Shown: positions 16,723-23,306 of the stretch, piece after piece
Numbering within the stretch: position 1 is the stretch's first letter
How the letters are laid out: each line of letters begins with the position of its first letter
Assembly: GCA_041174985.1 (NCBI GenBank)
Contig: JBEDFW010000016.1
Coordinates: 1-33,075 of the forward strand
Direction of reading: 5' to 3'
DNA from: Actinomycetota bacterium
GTDB lineage: Bacteria; Actinomycetota; Acidimicrobiia; Acidimicrobiales; Ilumatobacteraceae
Length of the DNA: 33,075 bases
The notes under the pieces: model-generated
The model's database searches: none
Told to the model about the DNA's origin: nothing
What the model saw: only the letters and a program-made list of their open reading frames with translations
Position numbers and translations under genes: made by a program

Positions 16723-17672
16723 TGGCCCTCTCGCCCGGAGATACGGGCGAGGACGTCCGCCGACTCCAGCGCCAACTCGGAGCGGCCGGCTTTCTCCCTG
16801 AGAGCGGAGTCGTTCCGGCGACCTACTGCTCAGGAACGGCATCGGCCGTGTCCGCCTTTCAAGCCGACCGAGGCCTACCCGTCACGGGATCATGCGACGA
16901 CGACACGTGGCATGCATTGCTCGAGGCGTCGTGGTCCCTCGGTGATCGTCTGCTGATGCTGCGATCCCCCAACTTGCGTGGTGATGACGTGGCCGAGATG
17001 CAACGCCTCCTGTCTCGACTCGGGTTCGACTGCGGTCGGGTGGACGGCATCTTCGGGCCTCTCGCCGCGTCGTCGGTGCGTGACTTCCAAGAGAACGCGG
17101 GACTCGACGTCGACGGGGTGTGCCACACCCAAACAGTCGACATGCTGCGAGTTCTCTCCCGCCAGACGGGCGACGGCCCCGGTATCGCCACCATTCGTGA
17201 CCTCGAAACTCTTCGTCAGGGTCAGCCCCTCAGCGCCACCCGCGTGGCCGTTGGTCAATTCGGAGGCATGAGCGAACTCACCGATGCGTTGATGTCATCG
17301 CTGCGCGACCACGGAGCCCAACTTCTTCACACCGAAGACACGACGGCCGCCGCCCAGGCTGCTCACGCCAATTTGTTCGGAGCCGAGGTCTACGTGGGTG
17401 TCGAAGAGAGTGCTGAACGCCGTGGGCGCGTGGCCTACTACGCCGTGCCGGCTTTCGAGTCGGCTGGTGGGCGATCACTCGCCCATCTCGTCGAACGTCA
17501 TCTGCGAGACGTGGTCGGCGGCATCGACATCGTGGGGATGCGGCTGCCGATCCTGCGCGAAACCAAGATGCCGGCCGTCTTGATCTCACTGAGTCCCGTG
17601 ATCGACCGACCCGAGCGAGCTCGTCGCATTGCGGACGCCTTGTTCTTGGCTTTGCTTGCCTGGTCGGCCTGA
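16722..17672 (+). CDS. cwlM: CwlM-like protein: two PG_binding_1 repeats plus a degenerate amidase_3 domain
   Basis: Two repeats of the type DVRRLQRQLGAAGF / DVAEMQRLLSRLGF are present. In the C-terminal domain, VAVGQFGG replaces the usual DPGHGG and VYVGVEES replaces the ISIHAN-type motif. Its position after trxA matches Rv3915. The ATG overlaps the trxA stop (TGATG). Confidence 0.75.
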   Translation: MALSPGDTGEDVRRLQRQLGAAGFLPESGVVPATYCSGTASAVSAFQADRGLPVTGSCDDDTWHALLEASWSLGDRLLMLRSPNLRGDDVAEMQRLLSRLGFDCGRVDGIFGPLAASSVRDFQENAGLDVDGVCHTQTVDMLRVLSRQTGDGPGIATIRDLETLRQGQPLSATRVAVGQFGGMSELTDALMSSLRDHGAQLLHTEDTTAAAQAAHANLFGAEVYVGVEESAERRGRVAYYAVPAFESAGGRSLAHLVERHLRDVVGGIDIVGMRLPILRETKMPAVLISLSPVIDRPERARRIADALFLALLAWSA

Positions 17673-17680
17673 TTTTTCAC

Positions 17681-17769
17681 TGTTGTGAACCTGTGAATAG
17701 CGTCTGACCAGGTCAGACGGGAATTTACGACTAAACGGGCTCAATTATCAACAGAGTTATCCACAGGTT
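17681..17769. promoter_or_regulatory. AT-rich island with DnaA-box-like 9-mers, including one perfect TTATCCACA
   Basis: TTATCCACA is at 17757-17765 and TTATCAACA at 17745-17753. On the other strand, CTATTCACA lies at 17692-17700. The inverted repeat aacctgtgaata (17688-17699) versus ttatccacaggtt (17757-17769) matches at 11 of 12 positions. Confidence 0.45.
17701..17719. terminator. 19-bp perfect palindrome, candidate bidirectional terminator between convergent cwlM and parB
   Basis: The sequence is cgtctgacc-a-ggtcagacg, an 8-bp stem with a 3-nt loop as RNA. It lies 28 nt after the cwlM stop. Only weak U-tracts flank it on either strand. Confidence 0.4.
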
Positions 17770-17827
17770 GTGCGAAACCCTCACGCGCGACATGACGTTG
17801 ATACCGATTGCGTGGTCAACAGGTGTG

Positions 17828-18748
17828 TCAGTCGCCCGGAGGACCATCGACCATGAGTCGATAGAGGCGTTCGAGGTCGTCGAGATCGGCGAACTCGATC
17901 GTCACCGTGCCCTTCTTGTTGGCCATCTTCACCGACACTCGCGTGGCCAAATAGTCCCCGAGCATGTCCTCCAACTCGAGCAGTCCGGCTGGTGGCAGCG
18001 TGCGACGGGCGGGTGATCCTCCCCCGCTGGACGTTCCTTGTCCCGATGACGTCGACCCACCACTGTCACCACCGCGATCGCGAATGGCTTCCTCGACAGC
18101 GCGCACCGACCAGTGTTCGGTGGCCGCACGACGGGCCAATTGCTCCTGAAATGCCCGGTCAGGTGTTCCGAGCAGAGCTTTGGCGTGACCGGCACTCAGA
18201 CGGCCGTCGGCCAGCAGCGCCTGAACGGCCGGGGGCAAGTTGAGGAGGCGCAGCGTGTTGGTGACAGCACTGCGGCTCTTGCCGACCCGTTTGGCCACGT
18301 CGTCGTGGGTGAGATGGAAGTCGTCGAGCAGTTGCTGGTAGGCCGAGGCTTCCTCGAGCGGCGAGAGGTCCTGTCGGTGCAGGTTCTCCACCAAGGCCTG
18401 CTCCACCGACGAGATGTCGTCGGTTTCCTTGATCACGGCGGGGACGGTGGGCAATCCCGCCCGTTGTGCAGCCCGCCAACGACGTTCGCCGGCAATGAGC
18501 TGGTAGGTGCCATCGGCGAGGCGTCGCACGAGAAGGGGCTGCAGAACACCGATCTCTTTGATCGACGCCGAGAGGTCGCTCAGGAGTTCTTCGTCGAAGT
18601 GAACGCGTGGCTGGTGAGGGTTGGGGACCAGGTCCCGAACCGGAATCTCGACCAGGGCCGGGCCACCGGACGGCGGGGGTGTATCAGTTCCTCCCCCGGG
18701 AATGAGTGAATCGAGCCCTCTACCGAGCGCTCCGCGGCGGGATGCCAC
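17828..18748 (-). CDS. parB: chromosome partitioning protein ParB
   Basis: The sequence contains GLGRGLDSLIP, QPLLVRR and the GERRWRAA arginine patch. The GTG at 18748 is preceded by AAGGAGG 6 nt upstream. It overlaps the parA 3' end by 29 nt. Confidence 0.95.
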   Translation of the reverse strand: MASRRGALGRGLDSLIPGGGTDTPPPSGGPALVEIPVRDLVPNPHQPRVHFDEELLSDLSASIKEIGVLQPLLVRRLADGTYQLIAGERRWRAAQRAGLPTVPAVIKETDDISSVEQALVENLHRQDLSPLEEASAYQQLLDDFHLTHDDVAKRVGKSRSAVTNTLRLLNLPPAVQALLADGRLSAGHAKALLGTPDRAFQEQLARRAATEHWSVRAVEEAIRDRGGDSGGSTSSGQGTSSGGGSPARRTLPPAGLLELEDMLGDYLATRVSVKMANKKGTVTIEFADLDDLERLYRLMVDGPPGD

Positions 18749-19547
18749 CAGCGACCTCCTTTGCGACGAGTCGGTACGCCACGGCGCCCTTCGAGGACGG
18801 GTCGTACACGTTGATGGGCTTGTGGTGGGACGGCGCCTCCGACAAACGGACGTTGCGCGGGATCACGGTCTGGCACACCTTGTCGCCGAAGTGCTCCCGG
18901 ACCTCGCTGACGACCTCGTTTGACAATTTCGCCCGGGAGTCGTACATCACACAGACGATGGTGCTGACTTCCAGGTCCGTGTTGAGGTTGCGCTTGACCA
19001 GGTCGACGTTGCGCAGGAGCTGCCCGAGGCCCTCCAAGGCGTAGTACTCGCACTGAATGGGGACCAGAACCTCACGGGCGGCGACCAGGGCATTGACGGT
19101 CAGAAGTCCAAGCGATGGGGGGCAGTCGATGATGACGAAGTCGTAGTCGTCCAGGACGGAATCGATCGCCTTCTTCAGGCGGGTTTCCCGGGCCATGGCC
19201 GGGACCAGTTCGATCTCGGCACCGGCGAGGTCGAGGTTGGCGGGGGCCACGAACAGATTGCGCACGGCGGACGGCTCGATGCAGTCCTCCATGGAGGCGT
19301 CATGCAGCATGACGTCGTACATCGACGTGTCCACGCCCCGGGTATCGACGCCCACGCCCGATGACGCGTTGCCCTGGGGATCGAGGTCGACGATGAGGGT
19401 TCGGTATCCCAACTCGGCCAGGCAGGCCCCCAAATTCACCGAGGTCGTGGTCTTGCCGACCCCACCCTTCTGATTGGCCACCGCAATGACCCGGGGTAGG
19501 GGGCGGCCCAGAGACGGGGGCGAACTGGATGCGGAACTGTCGCTCAT
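18720..19547 (-). CDS. parA: chromosome partitioning ATPase ParA (Soj)
   Basis: The deviant Walker A is VANQKGGVGKTTT. I trimmed to the ATG at 19547 (MSDSSASS...). The longest ORF (GTG 19694) reads through a parS site, giving the residues CSTWNI. Confidence 0.9.
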   Translation of the reverse strand: MSDSSASSSPPSLGRPLPRVIAVANQKGGVGKTTTSVNLGACLAELGYRTLIVDLDPQGNASSGVGVDTRGVDTSMYDVMLHDASMEDCIEPSAVRNLFVAPANLDLAGAEIELVPAMARETRLKKAIDSVLDDYDFVIIDCPPSLGLLTVNALVAAREVLVPIQCEYYALEGLGQLLRNVDLVKRNLNTDLEVSTIVCVMYDSRAKLSNEVVSEVREHFGDKVCQTVIPRNVRLSEAPSHHKPINVYDPSSKGAVAYRLVAKEVAGGIPPRSAR

Positions 19548-19669
19548 GGAACCGAAAACACCTCGTGACGGACATCGACCTCGAGACCGGTGGTCGTGGG
19601 CGAATCGTACCGGAGGGCTGATCGGCGTGCGGGGTGAAACTCGGGGTCTTTCCTGTGACGCGCCGAAAA

Positions 19670-19685
19670 TGTTCCACGTGGAACA
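19670..19685. promoter_or_regulatory. parS site 1
   Basis: TGTTCCACGTGGAACA is a perfect 16-bp palindrome. It differs by one base from the B. subtilis parS TGTTCCACGTGAAACA. Confidence 0.85.
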
Positions 19686-19719
19686 CTTCGACACTCATCG
19701 GATGACCATCCGGCGTCAA

Positions 19720-19735
19720 TGTTCCACGTGGAACA
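19720..19735. promoter_or_regulatory. parS site 2
   Basis: The same 16-mer. Palindromy extends to 18 bp (19719-19736, atgttccacgtggaacat). Confidence 0.85.
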
Positions 19736-19758
19736 TGTCCGAGGGCGACACCTCCCGA

Positions 19759-19774
19759 TGTTCCACGTGGAACA
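19759..19774. promoter_or_regulatory. parS site 3 (core of a 26-bp perfect palindrome, 19754-19779)
   Basis: The palindrome is cccgatgttccacgtggaacatcggg. It ends 1 nt before the rsmG stop codon (19780-19782). Confidence 0.85.
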
Positions 19775-19779
19775 TCGGG

Positions 19780-20340
19780 TCAGGAACGAGGGGTCACCCG
19801 CCGAAGACGGGCCACGCCCTCGACCACGCCCTCCAGCTCGAAACCTTGCTGGCGGACGTCCTCGACCATCCAGCGTTCGCCGTTGGAGTCCGGTGGTTCG
19901 GTCACCAGGAGCAGCCCGCCGGGGGAGACCAAGGGAGCCGCGTGCCCGGCGGTGTAGGCGGGGGAGCCGAAGCCCCGGCTGGTCGCCACATCCCACGTTC
20001 GGTCGGTGGGCAGATCGGCCACGTCTCCTGCCCAGGCTTCGATCCGGTCCCGGAGCCCCAGCCGACCGATCAATCGAGCCACGAGGTCAGTTCGTTTCTC
20101 CCGTCGGTCGACCAGGAGACCGGCCAACTCCGGGCGGCCCACGGCAATCACCAGACCCGGAATCCCGCCTCCGGTTCCTAGATCGATGAATGTGCGGGCC
20201 TGATCGGGGATGGCATCGACAAAGGCCCACGCCCGCTGAATGGCCTCCGCCACCGGGGTCGGCCCCAACATGCCGATGCGCTGGGCTTCACCCAGCGCAT
20301 CGATCAAAATTGTCAGTTGGTGTTCCGATGGTCGAGACAT
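19780..20340 (-). CDS. rsmG: 16S rRNA (guanine527-N7)-methyltransferase RsmG (GidB)
   Basis: The SAM motif FIDLGTGGGIPGLV is present. Its position between jag and parA is conserved. Confidence 0.9.
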   Translation of the reverse strand: MSRPSEHQLTILIDALGEAQRIGMLGPTPVAEAIQRAWAFVDAIPDQARTFIDLGTGGGIPGLVIAVGRPELAGLLVDRREKRTDLVARLIGRLGLRDRIEAWAGDVADLPTDRTWDVATSRGFGSPAYTAGHAAPLVSPGGLLLVTEPPDSNGERWMVEDVRQQGFELEGVVEGVARLRRVTPRS

Positions 20341-20352
20341 CGGGACCGGGGG

Positions 20353-21183
20353 TCAGGCGCTCGGAGCGGCGCTGTCGGCCGGAGCAATGATCACCCGGCG
20401 ATAGGGGTCCTCGCCCTCCGAGTGGGTCGAGATGTCCGTTCGTCCCGTCAGAGCGTCGTGAATGACCTTGCGGTCGGCCGACGGCATGGGTTCCAGGGCC
20501 CGGGCCGTTCCGGTCGACACGACCTCGTCGGCGACCTGGTTGACGAAACGGCTGAGCGCTTCTTTCCGCTTGGCTCGGTAACCACCGACGTCGACGCGCA
20601 GTCGGGTGTCGTGGTCGCCCATGCGGCGCTGGCTCACCACGCGGGTGATGTCCTGCACGGCCTGAAGGGTTGCCCCACGGGGCCCGACCAGCAATCCGAG
20701 GTCGTTGCCGTCGACTGCCACTTCGATCTCGTCGCCTTCGATGGTCGACGAGGCCGTGGCCGAGACGCCAAAGGCCGAGGTGAGACCCACGAGGAACTTC
20801 TCGGCCTCCGCGGCCACGGTGGCCGGGTCGGCGGCTGGGCGCGGGGCCCGGGAATTGTCGTCGCTCATCGATGTGCCCTTCTCGCTGGATGACTTCTGCG
20901 CCTCTCGGGGACGGCGCTCACGGGCCGCACCCTGCGGGCGGGGGCCAGCATCGGAGCGTTGCTTGTCGCCCCGACGTCGGTCTCTGCGTTCCACCTTAGG
21001 TCGTGGAGAACGGGGGCGAACGCGGGCCCGTACCCGGGCTTCTCCGCGGGTCCGGCCGAACAGGCCGGCCTTGGGTTCTTCCAGAATCTCGAATTCGGCG
21101 TCATCGTCGGCCACACCCAATTGATCGAGGGCGATGCTTTTGGCTTCGTCGATGGTTCGTCCGGTGGTTTCCACCCACTGCAT
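20353..21183 (-). CDS. jag: Jag/KhpB-type RNA-binding protein (Jag_N, KH, R3H)
   Basis: The Jag_N domain is MQWVETTGRTIDEAKSIALDQLGV. An Arg-rich linker follows, then a C-terminal KH/R3H-like region. Its position downstream of yidC is conserved. Confidence 0.85.
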   Translation of the reverse strand: MQWVETTGRTIDEAKSIALDQLGVADDDAEFEILEEPKAGLFGRTRGEARVRARVRPRSPRPKVERRDRRRGDKQRSDAGPRPQGAARERRPREAQKSSSEKGTSMSDDNSRAPRPAADPATVAAEAEKFLVGLTSAFGVSATASSTIEGDEIEVAVDGNDLGLLVGPRGATLQAVQDITRVVSQRRMGDHDTRLRVDVGGYRAKRKEALSRFVNQVADEVVSTGTARALEPMPSADRKVIHDALTGRTDISTHSEGEDPYRRVIIAPADSAAPSA

Positions 21184-21192
21184 GGGACAACC

Positions 21193-22197
21193 TCACTTCT
21201 TGGTCGGGGGTTTGGGGTGCCGCGGCTTTCCACCGGGCTTGGAGCGATTCGACGGTGTGGGACCACCCTTGGTCCCCGACGAACCTCCCTTGGCTGCACT
21301 GCCCTTGGGCGGAGTGACCCGCTTGCTGGTCGGGCGATTGGCAGCCTGATCTTGTTTGGCCTTGGCGGCCTCTTGCTTCAGCTGACCGAAAAGACCGGTG
21401 CCACCACCGTCTTTCTTGGCCATTTCACGCGCGGTGGCGCTGGCGGCCTGGGCCTGACGACCGAGCGAATCGTCGCCTTTGTAGAAGCGCCGGGTCACGT
21501 AGGCCTGCTGAGCGATGCGAACGATCGTCTGAGCGATGTAGTAGATGACCAGACCGACCGGGAAGAAGATCTGGAAAACACCGAACACGACCGGCAGGTA
21601 CTGCATGATCTTGGCCTGGGTCGCCGACATCGTGGGCGACACCGTGCGCGATGCGATCATGCGCTGCTGCAGGTAATACATGCCCATGAGAGCAATCACC
21701 AGCAGGGCGTACACGATCCCCTTGCCAGGATCGTCCTGCAACACTTCGATCGGGCGAAGCGACAGATCGAGTCCCCACGACAACATTTCCTTCTTGTTGT
21801 CGAGGCTGGCGTAGAGCTCACCGGACTTGGAGATGTAGTCGGGGTCGAAGGTTCCGTCGTCACCGCGACTGGTCAGACCGTTCAGAACACGGAACATGAT
21901 GATGAAGATCGGCATCTGAGCCAGAAGCGGCAGACACGAGGCCAACGGATTGACCTTGTGCTCCTGGTAGAGCTTCATCATTTCTTCGTTCATCTTCTGT
22001 CGGTCGCTGCGGTATTGCTGCTGAATACGGCGCATTTCCGGTTGCACGCGCTGCATTTCGAGCATGCCCTTCGTGCTCTTCAAAGTGAGCGGGAAGATGA
22101 GCATCATCACGACGAGAGCCACCAGCGAGATCGCCAAGATGTAGTTCGAGGTGAAGGAATAGAACTGGCTGATCAGCCAGGCTGCTGCTTGAAACAT
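21193..22197 (-). CDS. yidC: membrane protein insertase YidC
   Basis: Multi-TM protein containing MQRVQPEMRRIQQQYRSDRQKMNEEMMKLYQEHKVNP and LPLLAQMPIF. It ends in a basic C-terminal tail. Confidence 0.93.
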   Translation of the reverse strand: MFQAAAWLISQFYSFTSNYILAISLVALVVMMLIFPLTLKSTKGMLEMQRVQPEMRRIQQQYRSDRQKMNEEMMKLYQEHKVNPLASCLPLLAQMPIFIIMFRVLNGLTSRGDDGTFDPDYISKSGELYASLDNKKEMLSWGLDLSLRPIEVLQDDPGKGIVYALLVIALMGMYYLQQRMIASRTVSPTMSATQAKIMQYLPVVFGVFQIFFPVGLVIYYIAQTIVRIAQQAYVTRRFYKGDDSLGRQAQAASATAREMAKKDGGGTGLFGQLKQEAAKAKQDQAANRPTSKRVTPPKGSAAKGGSSGTKGGPTPSNRSKPGGKPRHPKPPTKK

Positions 22198-22198
22198 G

Positions 22199-22480
22199 TC
22201 AGGTCGCCCTTCCGATGGGGTGGGAACTCGCGGGAGAAGAACACGAAGAGTGGTCGTGAGCGCACTCTGTGCGCTCGGGGACGGGATCGAACCCCGACGG
22301 ACCGAAAGGTCGACACCGCACCAAGCGACGAGCGGTCAACCAGGTGCCCCGACCGGCACCGTGAACCATGACGGCCTCACGGGCGTATTCCGAGCACGAG
22401 GGGAAGAACCGACACGGGGACGGGCGGCCTTCGCGACCGCGCTGATAACCCTCGATGGCTCGCAACAGAAGACTCTTCAC
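22199..22480 (-). CDS. yidD: membrane protein insertion efficiency factor YidD
   Basis: The [11 protein letters not shown] signature is present. The GTG start overlaps the rnpA stop (GTGA). Confidence 0.9.
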   Translation of the reverse strand: MKSLLLRAIEGYQRGREGRPSPCRFFPSCSEYAREAVMVHGAGRGTWLTARRLVRCRPFGPSGFDPVPERTECAHDHSSCSSPASSHPIGRAT

Positions 22481-22815
22481 GCCGATGCACCGCCCGGTGC
22501 AGTGATGCGGGCCGTGATGCGCTGCACCGCCACGGACAATTCCTCGAACGAGGGTTCTCGCACGGTGTCGCGGGACAAACCGAACAGGTAGAGGCCCGGG
22601 GCCATCGATGTCGAGCCGAGGATGTGGCGTAACCGGCGGCGGATGCGGTTGCGGGTGACCGCCGTGCCCGCGAAACGACCGATGGCGAAAGCCACCTGGG
22701 GCGTGTCACGGGACGGGTCGAGAAGCATCATGCACCAAAGGGCTCCGCTACGAACACGTGTTCCCTCCTGGCGCAACCGCCGGAAGTCGTGTCCGAGGCG
22801 CAGTCGGTCGATCAA
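22477..22815 (-). CDS. rnpA: ribonuclease P protein component
   Basis: The RNR motif [12 protein letters not shown] is present. The TTG start overlaps the rpmH stop (TTGA). Confidence 0.88.
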   Translation of the reverse strand: MIDRLRLGHDFRRLRQEGTRVRSGALWCMMLLDPSRDTPQVAFAIGRFAGTAVTRNRIRRRLRHILGSTSMAPGLYLFGLSRDTVREPSFEELSVAVQRITARITAPGGASA

Positions 22816-22946
22816 GCCGAAAGACGGTGGCGGCCCTTGAGGCGACGTGCTTTCAGCACGGCCCGACCGGCGCGAGTCGACATACGAGCGCGAAAGCCGT
22901 GCTTCATCGACCGGCGCTTCTTGTTGGGTTGGTACGTACGCTTCAC
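22812..22946 (-). CDS. rpmH: 50S ribosomal protein L34
   Basis: This is my own translation; the ORF is below the track size cutoff. It reads (GTG)[51 protein letters not shown] Shine-Dalgarno lies 6 nt upstream. Confidence 0.93.
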   Translation of the reverse strand: MKRTYQPNKKRRSMKHGFRARMSTRAGRAVLKARRLKGRHRLSA

Positions 22947-23110
22947 AACAGACTCCTCAGTGTCCGCCCAGACAACGGGCGATGGCGGACGGTCGGCACG
23001 AAACCGACGTATCGGCGCAGGCTACGGGGGTCGAACCGCCTGGGGCAACCCAAGGGACACGCCCGGGAAAAAGAAGTTCGAGCCGTCGCCACGGAGCCCC
23101 GTTTCTCCGA

Positions 23111-23306
23111 CTATCCACAGCCTGCTATGGTCGCATTTCCCTGACCGCGCCTCAGGGAACTTCGGTTCCCGACGGCGGTGATACACCAGGTCAGGCCAAG
23201 ATTTCAATCGATGATCGCCCGTCCACAAGTTGTGGATACCGCTGTGGACGGGGGAGCGCCGTGAGGGGGGAACCGCAGGTGGAGAGCCAGGAGAACATGT
23301 GGACAG
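23111..23306. promoter_or_regulatory. DnaA-box cluster in the rpmH-dnaA intergenic region and across the dnaA start codon
   Basis: The boxes are ctATCCACA at 23111-23119, ccGTCCACA at 23219-23227, tgtggatac at 23231-23239, tgtggacgg at 23244-23252 and tgtggacag at 23298-23306. The last overlaps the ATG at 23297. An inverted repeat pairs cccgtccaca (23218-23227) with tgtggacggg (23244-23253). Confidence 0.6.

Noticed and set aside
19670-19779. Three identical palindromic repeats with short spacers could be mistaken for a mini-CRISPR array.
   Set aside because: There are only three units and the spacers are unequal (34 and 23 bp). The repeat is the canonical parS sequence, the location is the parA promoter region, and no cas genes or leader are present.
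19474-20189. Plus-strand ORFs 19474-20181 and 19719-20189 containing repeated MFHVEH peptides, and the long parA ORF starting at 19694 with CSTWNI.
   Set aside because: The repeated peptides are simply the parS palindrome translated in different frames. The remainder of these ORFs is antisense to rsmG and Arg/Pro-rich.
22847-23296. The 150-codon N-terminal extension of the dnaA ORF. Analogous 5' extensions occur on trxB (15211), trxA (16345), the HDAC (8372), the Cys4 protein (5906), the membrane protein (5533) and DUF721 (27010).
   Set aside because: The extensions overlap neighbouring genes or the rpmH-dnaA regulatory region and are Arg/Ser/Pro-rich. They precede internal start codons that give canonical N-termini, often with a Shine-Dalgarno or a stop/start overlap.
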